Below, piece after piece: positions 1 to 11,600 of a stretch of 64,000 bases of DNA; position 1 is the stretch's first letter; every line of letters starts with the position of its first letter. The position numbers and the translations under genes are program-made. The stretch comes from Narcine bancroftii. Its lineage: Eukaryota. The stretch lies in contig NC_091473.1 of NCBI RefSeq assembly GCF_036971445.1, positions 86,490,001-86,554,000 on the forward strand, given 5' to 3'. The notes below the pieces were generated by a model. That model had not been told where the DNA came from and made no database searches. It was given only the letters and a program-made list of their open reading frames with translations.

Positions 1-900
1 AAATGTTCTCTGAACCCTCTCCACTTTCTTTCTCAAATAAGGTCCCCAAAACTGTACACTGTACTCCAAATGAGGTATCATCAATATCCTCTAGAGTCTC
101 AACATTACATCCATGCTCTTATCTGATATTCCTCTAGAAATGAATGCCAACATTGCATTCATCTTTTTCACCATTGACCCAGTCTGAAGGTTAATCCTTG
201 TGGTATCCTGCACGAGGACTCCCAACTCCCTATGCACCCCCGAATTTTGAATTTTCTCCCCATCTAAATAATAGTCGGCACATCTATTTCTTCTACCAAA
301 GTGCATGACCGTCCACTTTCCAACATTGTCTTTCATCTGCCACCTCTTTGCCCATTCTCCTAAACTATCCAAGTCTGTCTGCAGCCTTTCTGTATCCTCA
401 GCAGCACCCAACCTACTATTATGGTATCATCTGCAAATTTATCCACAATTTATTAGTTTATTATTCCATAATCTAAATAATTTATATACAACATAAAAAG
501 CTGTCCCAACACCAAACCCTGCAGAACACCACCATGACTATGAATATAAATTTCCTGCATTAAAAACAAATTTCTGCCTCCTTCAGTCTAGGGAAAACAA
601 TCCCAGTTTATTCAATAAGTAAAGTCCTCCAATCCAGGCAATATCCTGATGACTCTCCTCTTCACTCTCATCCAGCTCAATCACAATTCTTCCCATCAGA
701 ACAACACAATACTTAAAAGTGTGGCCTAACAAACATTTGGTAAAGATGCAACATAATGTCCCAGTTCTTATATTCAATATCATAACCAAGCATGTCTTCT
801 TCACCATCCTATTGGTCTATGTCGCCACTTTCAGAATACAATGGACTTGGACCTTTGGTTCCTCTCTGTTCATCATTGTCCTTAATGTCCTACTATTTAC
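1..900 (-). mobile_element. CR1-clade LINE ORF2 fragments (two adjacent)
   Basis: ORF 91-411: LQTDLDSLGEWAKRWQM...VMHFGRRN...ELGVLV...ANAMLAFISRG-like, typical CR1 RT C-terminal region. Confidence 0.85.
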
Positions 901-2282
901 TGTATAGGTCACCTCAAAAACTTAACAGTCTTTTTCAGTGACTGTATAATAATTTTCAGCAAGGTTTATAGCAAAAACAGGTCAATATCCCTGAGAGAAT
1001 AAAGGCAGGCATAATTAATGGCATATATTATTGTAGATAGGCTATTACACTGGTGTAAGCCACAAGTCATAGAGCGAAACAATACAGACCTTTGGCCCAT
1101 CAAGTCTGCACTGACCATCAAGCATCTGGCTTTATACAAGTCCTGTCCTAACCCTTATGTTTTTTTCCCCACATTCCCATCGATTTCCCCTAGATTCCAC
1201 CACCCACTAGGGAATATTTATAGTGGCTAATTAATCTACTAATCTAGGTCTTTGGGACGTGGAAGGAAGTGCATGCAGTCACAGGGATGACACAATGTGA
1301 GACTAAAGCTGGGTTACTGGATATGAGGGGGTCCCAGAAAAATCTGTTACACTGTTTGTGGAAATGGAGTACTGAGCAGGTCTCACCAAGTGAAACAAAA
1401 CATTTTTTTTTACAAAAAATAAATACATCAATGAGGAGAAATTCACAAATCAAAGTTAATTTGCCCTGGATATTGTCTTAACACCTGAAACCAATTTCTT
1501 TAACATATTCCATTCTAGTTCTACAATATTCAAACTCTATTACGTTGGTGGCTTATAATCAAAATTGGAATTCAGCTTTCTTCACCCAACATCCTGGTAA
1601 ATAATTACACACAAAAAAATCAATAACATAGGCAAACATGCCCAAAGCAATGATATAACCATAATAAGATGGTGATATAACTACCTTGAATTGAAAATCT
1701 GAGTCAACAATATAGAATTTTTGGGATCGAACTACAATAAAATCTCCATTATACCCAATTCAAGCAACTGGCAGCCTCAAGAAATTGGCAATTAAATCGC
1801 AGAAAATAAATAGGTAAAAAATAAGAAAGTTTAAAATTAGTGCCTCCTAGCAGCTACTTTGCCAACCAACACACAATCTCAAGCAGCCAGAAAATTAATT
1901 TATCCGACATCTACCAATCCCCACAGGTGCCGGTACTAGATGTTTTTCTGAATATTCTTGTACGCAAAGAACTTGTCAGTCAGGAAACAAAATTAAACCA
2001 TTGGAAATAAGCAAGTTCTCAAAGACAAAATGAATTTGCATTTAAATTGTGTAGGTCTTCCCTTTGTGCTTTAAAATTAAGCATTTTGTAGTTTCTTGTA
2101 CTGCAACGTATGCTATTTTCAGTAAGTGCTTGGCAAATAAGCACACATTTGTGTAATAAATGAACATTGTTTGGTTATGGTTCAGAAACAACAAAATAAA
2201 TCAGCATTCAATGGGAATGCTCGTGTTGTTCTTCAGGTAGGATCGTGATTCAATATCACACTCTCTGAAGGTGAGGCACTCT

Positions 2283-2528
2283 TTTAAATTTACATTTTAA
2301 ATGTAGACATACAGCACGGTAACAGGCCATTTCAGCCCTCGAGTCCATGTCGCCCAATTTACACCCAATTAAACTACACCCCCGTATGTTTCGAACAGTG
2401 GGAGGAAACTGAAGCTCCCGGGAAAACCCACACAGATGTGGGGAGAACATACAAACTCCTTACAGACAGCGCGGGATTCGAACCCCGGTCCTGATCGCTG
2501 ATGCTGTAAAGGCATTGCGCTAACCGCA
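2283..2528 (-). mobile_element. tRNA-derived V-SINE (HE1-like)
   Basis: Minus strand: tRNA-like head with B box (ggttcgaatccc), core ctgtaaggagtttgtatgttctcccc, tail ggcctgttaccgtgctgtatgtcta; several homologues in the window. Confidence 0.8.
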
Positions 2529-4494
2529 ATTACACAGGTGAGTCAGATTTTACACTCAGTTGACTCGGATGGGGTTTATGAATTCTCAACTTTCTCAATC
2601 AGAATTGTGGTTGGTGTCATCTGAGCCACAGCTGTCCCTTGTCAAAACCCTGTTGGGTTGCTGTTTTAACAGTAACTCTTCAGTTTTATTCCCAAGCTAG
2701 TGTCATATTCTTTCATATTTTAAGATACTGGTGTTGGTAATTTTTTGGATCAAGTACAAAATGAATAAACGGAGAGCCAAACTTAAGTGACACTGCTCTA
2801 ATCAAGTGCCAAAAATTTAATGTCTTTTTTTCATCCTCATTTGCAGCTGTTTTGGCTTCTCTGAATAGAATTATGCAGTTTGGTGATTTTTATTTCTATA
2901 GATTTTTGAGCAATTGGACTCAATTTCATGAAAGTTAAAGCAAAAAGAGGACATAGCAGAATCTTTCATTCCTCCAAATCTGGGCTACATTGCATCACAC
3001 CGTTCTGCAGCTAAATCCTGGCAAGACCTCCAGCATTTCTGTGTTTTTCACTATATATCCTGAATTCTACTTAAGGCAGACAATTCACCCAAAGTGTAGG
3101 GTGTGATAATCTAGGTTAAAGATACCAATGGGACTCAGTGATGAATGAGTATCATTCATATCGGAATGTGGTTGGATTCAAATGAGATCATTTACCTAAT
3201 CATATCTGGACACATTGTGATATGAAATCCTTGTCAAATGCCTCACTGAAATGATCAACAAACTCTGCATAGCTAGATTTAAATAAAATTTTGGATCAGA
3301 CTACAAGACAAAGTATGTTTAAATCAGTTGAGACATGATGTTCAGTCACTGGGTTTGAAGAAATAATAATGATGAATGCGGAATATTCCAAAAATATTTT
3401 AATTCCTTCTGACGATTACAGTTTGAACACTCAAAAACAAAACAAGGCTCCTTTGCAAAGTATAAAGCAGCACCATGCCTAATGTTATAGATTTAAATAT
3501 TGATGGGATATAGATTTGTCAACTATACATTGGACAAGGATATCAAGTAGACGGAAATACCAGCAACTGCAAGTCTCCCATAAAATCACAATCTTTTCTG
3601 GCTGAAAATAGCTGAAGTACCTCACCACAAAATGATAAAAAGAGTTGAAGGCAGCAGCTTACTACTAGTTTCTTAAGAGCAATTGCAAATGAGAAATAAA
3701 TGCTGGTCCTCAACAATGCAAACACCTCAAAAAAGTGATTTAAAGAAATCCAATCATCAACTAGTAAACACCATAAAGCAAGTTGTAAAAGCATAGAATT
3801 GAGTTATTAATGGATGTTTCCTCTTCTACCCAATGAGGGGGTGTAATAAATCACACCACCATACAGGAGAAGCTGTGACAAATTGCTCCACTTTAAATAA
3901 TTTGCACAGTTATAAAATTGGTTAACAGTTAACCAATTGCATCAAGTGGCTCATCGTACTGTCAAAAAAAATCTTACCCATATTTGCAGTTGAAGTTGTA
4001 AAACGTGTTCCAAGGTGTAACACTGAGATAAATCTGAATAATTCAGGATGGGAGGGGATAGAAGGGAAAGGGGAGAGAACATTCTGATACATTTCTCTTC
4101 TATTTCTTTGCAGTACAAAGTTGGGTTTACTCTAAAAGCACCAAGCACTACCATAAATGCCACTGTTCTACCGGGGTCAAAGTGGGGATCTTTAATTAAC
4201 AGTAGATAATTGCAAATTAGCATCAGAGGAGACAAGATATTATCCATTTTAAGTCACACATTTTAATACTTTGAAGTTGTTTCAGTGAGGTTCACTTGAA
4301 ATGAGTAATGGTGCTATCATTATGTATCCTTCTGTGGACAGAAACAACAGATGAAATTGATTTTTTTCCCCAAAATATACTAACCATTCAAGACATGGTG
4401 TCAAACATATCGATACATTCTCATCACTGTATATTTTACAATCTCTCTCTTACCACCACTGTGGCACCTTGTTGTTTCTCCCTCTCTGTTGGTT

Positions 4495-5290
4495 GAGGGC
4501 CTTCCCCTCAGTGTCAGGTAATGGGAGGATTCTAGACTGTAGTCCTTCCCCACAATGCCCTCGTGTTGGCTGCACCAAGCCTTAGTGCATCCCTTAGCAA
4601 GTAGTCCTGCAGCCTGGAATGTGCTATTTAGCATTCCCTCACCAACATCTCAGAATGCAGAAGGACCAATAGATTTCGAACCGAACAAAGAGAGTCTTTC
4701 ACCGAGCTGATGGGCTTTCAGCAGTTCTGGATGTTGGACTCAGAGTGTGACGCTGGGATCAGAGTCCACTGTCACGCTGCCGCTGGAGATGAACAGAGAC
4801 AAATCCCAGTGCACCCTTCTCCAAATTCCCTTTGCAAATCTGCATTCAGCAAAGAGATAGGCAACAATCTCCACTCCTCAACAGCCATTCTGAGGACAAC
4901 GTGTGTGGAGGATGATGTTCCAGTTGTACAAGAAATATCTCACTGGGAGGGCTCCTCTCATTACCAGCCAGGTCATGTTCTGGTGCTTGTTTGAGAGCCC
5001 TGGTGATGAGACATTCCACCAGATGAATGGACAGTCCACTCAGGGAACCATCCTACTGGATCCATCAAGTCCTCCTATCTCAGTTTTTGTAGGATGTTCC
5101 GTGCTGATCACTGTCTGATGGCCTCGTGGTTGAGCGTGTTGTTCTGGAAAACTTTTTCTTGAAGGATAGGTGGTGTGACAAAGTCCAACTAACTTGGATA
5201 TTGCACAGCACTGGGGCCAGGCCTATCCTTTGCAACACCTAGGACAGGTAGAACCTCATTACATTGGAGCACCTGGTGTCCTTGTACTTT
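4495..5290 (-). mobile_element. Tx1/L1-clade LINE ORF2 3' fragment
   Basis: Minus translation gives RGALPVR..CPQNGC..YLFAECRFAKGIWRRV (zinc-finger region) and RLQDYLLRDALRLGAANTRALWGRTTV*. Confidence 0.7.
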
Positions 5291-5404
5291 GACTGATGTT
5301 CAGCATTTAGTTTTGAGGTGATATAGCATGCTGCAGTGGAACTTTTGATCTACAATAGCATTATCTGCAACACACGCACACACACACACAATAGGGTTGT
5401 GTCG

Positions 5405-5560
5405 ATGCACAAAAGTGCTGGAGAAACTCAGCAGGTCATGCAGTGTCTGTAGGAAGCACAAGGATATAACCAAAGTTTCAAACCTGAGCTCTTCATCAAG
5501 ACTGGTTTCTTCCTATAGACACTCCATGTCCTGCTGAGTTTCTCCAGTACTTTTGTGCAT
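5405..5560. repeat. Inverted repeat, probably Penelope-derived
   Basis: Arm 5405-5456 is the near reverse complement of 5509-5560. Confidence 0.8.
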
Positions 5561-5609
5561 TGCACTACAATCACTTCATCTGCAGAATTTCCTGTTTAAC
5601 TACACAAAG

Positions 5610-5825
5610 GTGTTCAAGGTTCTTTTTATTGTCAAGTAATAAAACAGATGTAATATTACTAAACTGCATTTAGTCTGCTGTAAGACAGCAAAGGTTCACC
5701 AAGAACAGAAAATGTCCATTGCCCCCTTTCAGTCAGAGAAAGAGAAGCAAAAGAGAGTCCCCTAAGGGTCAGAATGTCCAGTGCTCTGGTAGCCTTTGCA
5801 CCCATGCAGACTTCAGTTCAAACTT
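5610..5825 (-). mobile_element. Unclassified non-autonomous repeat, homologous to 39655-39860
   Basis: Shared blocks tcaag.ttc.ttttattgt and ccc.tt.cagt.agag..agagaagcaaaagagagt. Confidence 0.5.
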
Positions 5826-6864
5826 TGATTATTAGCTTTACCAAAATATTCAGACAATTGGAAGGAACCAGGTTTCACTTCATACTTTGGTAAATGAATA
5901 GCTCATAACAACCTCCATTAATATTGTCCTTCCATATTTCATTATAACATAGGAGATGGTCTTTTGGTTTATCAAGTCTATGCCAGTTGACAGAGCAATG
6001 CCATTCCCCCAGATATTTCCTTGCAACTTATTGTTTCTTACATACCTATAGATGCCACCTTGAGTCTCCTCCCACCCTCAACTTCAGGAGTCATTTCCAG
6101 TAGCCAACTAACTTTGCGACAAGTATGTCTGTGGGATTTGGGAGGAAAGAAGAACACCTGATCACTGGGAGAATGTGTAAACTCTGCACAGACAGCACCA
6201 AAAGTCAGGATCGAACTTGTCACTGGAATTGTGAGGTGACATGCATCCTTTGACATAGCACAAAGCCCCAAGAAATTTCACAGAAAATGTTATTGAACTA
6301 AATCTCATGTCAAGTCATGCAAGGAGATCAGACCAAAAGCTTGGTCTAAGGGTTATGCTTTAAGGTGCATATGAAAGTTCAGAGAAAGGCTTAAGGATTT
6401 AGGGAAGAACTGAAAAGATTGAGATCAGGTGCATAGACCATCAAACAAAAAACATCAACTAAAGATCCCAATGCAGTATCCCTAATGACAAGGAGCTAAA
6501 TTGTAAGAACCAATGGAAGCAAAGTCAACTATATTTAATCACCAAGGTGGGGTTTGTTACTATTTGGATTAGTGCCATATTTAAACTAAAAGGAAAGGCC
6601 TTTAGAGTAATAAAGGTCAACACTGTTTCTACTAAAAATTATACTCAAACATAACAGATGAAGAAAAGCCACAGCTCAGCTATGATTCAGGCTGCTTAGG
6701 ATCACAAATGAAGTATTGCCTTGTGGATTAGCAGTTAAAGGGTGAGCGGTTTCTGTTGATCTGTGTTCCAGCTTCAGGAAATATTCTCTTCAAGGCACTT
6801 CCTGAAGAGAAAGACTAATAAAGGAACACAAAAAAAACTTTCTTCCAGAAAGAGCAACTATGTA

Positions 6865-7165
6865 GCTTTGTGGCACAACAGTTAGTGCTGCTACACATCT
6901 CGAGTAACCCTAGTTGAATCCTGAACTTGAGTGTTGTCTGCATGTTGTCATGCTCTTCTTGTGTCCCTTGGGGTTTTCTTGCTGACCCACACCCCAAAGA
7001 TTAGCTGGTAGGTTAATTAGCTACTGTAAATTAACCCCATCGTGGATGAGTGACAGGTGAATTTGGGGAGGGGGGAGTTGAAGGGTATGTGAAATAATGG
7101 GGCTGATAGTATGCTCCAGGAGCCAGCAAAGATTTGATGGGCTGAATGGCCTTCTTCGATGCAAG
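6865..7165 (+). mobile_element. Degenerate V-SINE (other old copies near 1070-1330, 6000-6260, 22010-22300 on - strand)
   Basis: gtggcacaacagttagtgctgct head, degenerate core, gatgggctgaatggcct tail. Confidence 0.55.
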
Positions 7166-8438
7166 ATAATAATGAATGTACTTACAGTTTGCGGCTTGCA
7201 TTGTTAGAATGAAATTATTAACGTTTTCTTCCTGATATATTGGAGGTGGTGGCGTATGTAATCTACTGCATCTATTGATTTTAGATGCATTTATGGAAAA
7301 CCAAACATGACAGCAGTGACTGGTATTTCCTGGATGACATGGAAAAGATATGAAAGATTTCATTCAGATGGGGAACAAATAATCCAGCTCATCCAATGGG
7401 GGTGGGGGGGGGGGGTGTCTTGTGGAAGAGCAAGGAGGGTTTCGGTGAATTGCATTAAGAACGTCTGAAAATGTGGGTTTGTACAGAATTTCAGTGTGTT
7501 TCACATTTTTGAAACCTTGTTAAAAATAGTTGAGTTAACATTCCTTCATCCAACAATATATGTCTGGAAACTGCAAGGAGACAGAGGTGACTTCACAGTG
7601 TGGGAAAAGAGTGGGAGATAGTGCAGACAACATATATAGTATTGAGAATCCATGGAGGTAAAGGATTCAGTTCCAAATCTGAAGGAGAAACAGAGCCATC
7701 TTGTGGCACTACTCTGATTGTTGGAGTCAGTAAGACTATGTTGAATGCTGATGTAAACTGTATTTTTAATAATCTCTGTTTAAGACTCCCTAACTTGAAA
7801 GGTCAGACTTGCTCATCTTGTTACGTTTTGTAATCGAACCCATTTATTGCAGAAACAAAAATAGCCCAAAGCTCCACTGGAGATGTTGCACTGCTCGTCT
7901 GCTTGTGACAGGCACCAAGTAAAAATGTCTGGGTCATCATTGGTGAGGGATTTTTAAAAAGTGATCAAAAGATCATTACATAAATATCAGTAAATCCAGC
8001 TAAAAATTCTGATTTATGAGCATTGCATCTTATATCACTGCCTTAAAACAATCTGGAGCATCAATTAATTTTTAATTTTTATTGATTATGCACACAGATT
8101 GCACAAGCTGTTTATAAAAATTTGATATTTTGTTTTCTTTCCATGTGATCTTTAAGAATAGTTTTCTCAGGAAAATGCAGAAGGTAGTACAAGAAGGAAT
8201 AATAATTTCTAAAATTAAATCCTCTTGGATACAGTGTGTCTATTTTAATTTTGAAATTATCTATTATAAATAATTCCAAGTTTATTTTAGTGAGTTTGGC
8301 TGTTCTTAGATGGGCTACTACGTGTGAAAGTCCACAATGGTGCACAATATCAGTGAAACATGAGCTAGTTTCAACTAGTGCTGTTGGTATTGACATTAAT
8401 TAGTAATCTTTGTTATAATTTTTATTGTCTTTCTACAG

Positions 8439-8627
8439 AATGCAATTGTAATCATAGAACTACTCAGTGTGTGTGGGATTCTTCACTACACCAACAAACT
8501 GGAAGTGGTATCCGTTGTGTGAACTGTATTGGTAACACTGAGGGAATACACTGTGAGAAATGCAAGGAAAATTATTATCCATTACATCAAGGAGGACACT
8601 GTCAGCCCTGCCGATGCAATTCCCTGG
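8439..8627 (+). CDS. LAMC2: LAMC2 exon 2 (LE domain)
   Basis: ctacag|AA TGC...CTG G|gtaagt; 189 bp; ECNCNHRTTQC...CVNCIGNTEGIHCEKCKENYY...CQPCRCNSLG. Confidence 0.93.
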
Positions 8628-11600
8628 GTAAGTTCATGGCATTAAAATCAGGCCTTTATAAATGGTATTTGGCTTGGGTGAGGAGACAGAAAGTATATGC
8701 CTACAAGGTATTGAATTGAGGATCAATAGTAATCAGATAAAAATGGCACCTTTATGTATTTTTATTTTCAAATAAGGATCATTCCAATCTTTGGGAAATT
8801 ATCCCTGCTGTGTGCTTTCCTTCTTTAATATGTGATTATCAATATCCATGGATGAATAATGAACATCATCTGATATAATAAGTACAGATAAAGAACACCA
8901 CTCTCTACATTTAGCAGGCTGCCACAGGAGACTGGTATGTGATGGCAGATCCATGGAGTCACTTTGCTGTAGGTCTGTTGCTCCCCCACCACCCTGAAGC
9001 ACCAATTATATATCTTGGTCAAACCAATGGAAAAAGAGCTGGCCGTTCACAATTGTCTGTTCAACATTGATTTAAAAGCAATGGATTTTTTTTTCCCCTA
9101 ATGGATGGGAAAAGCAAATATTATTTGTGGTTGTTTAAAATCAACCCTAGTATTTTTTTTCTTTGTAAATTAAAATGTACTAAAGATAATTAGCATCTAT
9201 GCATCTGAAAACCAGAGAAAATGGAGGGTTGGCTTTTTAATCTCCACACTTGTTGAACAGAAACATTTGTGTGAAGGGAATCCCATCTTGAGGTTGATTA
9301 GCATGCTCTACTATGCAACAATAAAATAATGCACGTGTTAAGGAAAGCTCACAAAGAGAATACAAATAGCTTGTGACCAACTATTATAATTACAAAACTG
9401 ACTTTCCCTGGACCCACGTGATTCTTTGTCTAAATTCCCTTAACCCCAAATATTCCCCCTTTGAGTTGCCCCTTGTCCCTTGCCGGGCAACCACAACTCC
9501 CCTCTCCATTTGGATTGCGAACCTGCTCACAAGCGTCAACTGATTTCGCAATGACTGTTATTCTCTCCCACCCACCCTCCTCCAGAAAAGACTCATCTTC
9601 ACATATAACAAAACTCACCCTCTTCCCCCCCTCATTACTTCCTTTCTTTCCCTTTCCCTTCTTTAGTTCTTACTTATACATTATTTTTACATCTTTATAT
9701 GTATTTTGTCGTCGTTCTTCGTTCTTGTTACATCTCTTCATCTCTTCTTCTGTCCTGCAGGCATTCTGCAAATTCTCATGCTTCCTCCGGATCCGAGAAC
9801 AGTCTATTTTGCTCCTCCGGGATAAATATTTTAAGCACAGTTGGATATCTTAATATAAATTTCTTCCATAGGATTGATTTTGCTGTATTAAACTCCATCC
9901 TCTTTTTTAAGAGTTCAAAACTTGTCTGGGTAAAAAAAATATTTTTTGACCTTTGTATTCCAATGGTTTTTTGTCTTCTCTAATTTTATTCCTTGCCCTC
10001 GCCAGTATATTTTGTCTTGTCGTGTATCTCAGAAATTTTACTAAAACAGATCTTGGTTTTTGCTGTGTCTATGGTTTCGGAGCTAGTGTTCTGTGTGCCC
10101 TTTCTATTTCAATTCCTTCCTGTATTTCTGGCATTCTCAGGACCTTGGGATCCATTCTTTTATAAATTCTTTCATATTTGTGGCTTCCTCATCTTCCTTT
10201 AGACCCACTATCTTTATGTTGTTTCGCCTACTATGGTTTTCTATTATATCCATCTTCTGAGCTAACAACTCTTGTGACTCTAACTTTTTTGTCACTTTCT
10301 TCCAATTTTCTTCTTAAGTCATTCACTTCACAGCCATTTCTCGTTCTTCCACATGTTCTAATCTTTTCTCTATTTCTGTCATGACCAGCTCTATTCTACT
10401 CACTTTTTCTTCCGTACTTTTCATTTCACTAAATTCTAATGTCAACCATTCTTTTAATGCTCTCATTTGTTCTTGATTTTTAAAAATATCTATATACTGT
10501 CCATCTATTTTACCTTCTATCTCTCTGTGCAGAGCTTGGTCTTCTTCTTCCTCTTCTTCTGTGTCTGCACCTGTGTTTGTGTCTTCTACTTCTCTTCCTT
10601 GTATCTGTGTCTCTTCTGACTTTCTTGTTGAGTTGCTTGCCTCTCTTTGTTGGGCTTCTTCTTGCTGTTGGTCCTCTTCTTCTGGGCTAGTCATCTATTG
10701 AGCCTCCTGTTGTTGTGCTTCTTTCCTATCACTCCCTTTCCTGTCATGTTCCTCTTCTTCCAGCTGAGAGCCCTGGTGTTGGGCATCCCTCAGCTGGTCG
10801 CGCTGTGTCTGCTCACTCCTCAGCTGGGCCCCCCTCCCATCGGTGTTCTCTCTTTCCTTAGTGAGCGCACCGCGCGACTCCTCACGCATGCGCAGTTGCG
10901 CGACTCCTCACGCATGCGCAGTTGCACGACTCCTCACGCATGCGCAGTTGCGCGACTCCTCACGCATGCGCAGTTGCGCGACTCCTCACGCATGCGCAGT
11001 TGCGCGACTCCTCACTTATGTGCAGTTGCGCACTTTTGTTTGGGTCAGAGAGCCATTTTTGCAGTCCAGCGGTCAGGAGGTCGTGACTCTGCAGGGTCGT
11101 CACCAACCTTGGGGGACGGGCCCTTTTCTCCACGATGGCTCCCTGTTTCTTCATGCAGGTAAGGCCTTCTCCTTTCTCTTCCGGCATCTTTTCTTCCTTT
11201 TTTCCCGTTGTTTTTACTTTTTCCTTCTTGGGTGCCATTTTCTTTCTTTTCTCCACAACTTTATCTTTTATTTGTTATGTTTTGTGTTTCTTGAACTTTG
11301 TATTTTCTTCACTTTATTTCTTCTTTTCTGGAGAGGGCTGGTATTACCGGCCACTACTCCATCATGTGACTCCTTCCTCTACGTGATTCTTGTCTAGCAG
11401 AGTTTTGAATTACCTCATTGAATGCTAGAGTCCATAAAAAAATACTGCTGAAGGCTGCAGTTTTTCATACAGTAGGAAACATAAGAATTGGAATGGTGGA
11501 GCTTTTCTATTTTGCCATTATCAAAGGATCACTATGCCAAAAAGTAATGAAATAGTTTATCAGTTACTGCACCAAAAATGATCAAATTACCACCAAGTTG

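Noticed and set aside
2470-2528. tRNA gene suggested by the B box ggttcgaatccc
   Set aside because: It is the tRNA-derived head of a multi-copy SINE, with no complete cloverleaf
1700-2545. AP-1 sites TGAGTCA in putative intron 1
   Set aside because: Several such heptamers are expected by chance in 64 kb, and I have no conservation evidence
7398-7415. Poly-G run as a functional G-quadruplex
   Set aside because: A simple homopolymer; similar runs occur elsewhere and their length is unreliable in assemblies
1-8438. LAMC2 exon 1 (signal peptide) candidates, e.g. ATG at 2211 and ORF 4308-4496
   Set aside because: The 2211 candidate is only about 8 codons and ends in phase 2, while phase 1 is needed. 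The 4308 candidate has no convincing donor. Exon 1 probably lies upstream of the window.
10647-11397. Long + strand ORFs (171 and 184 aa)
   Set aside because: Antisense read-through of L1 ORF1 and the 26-bp minisatellite
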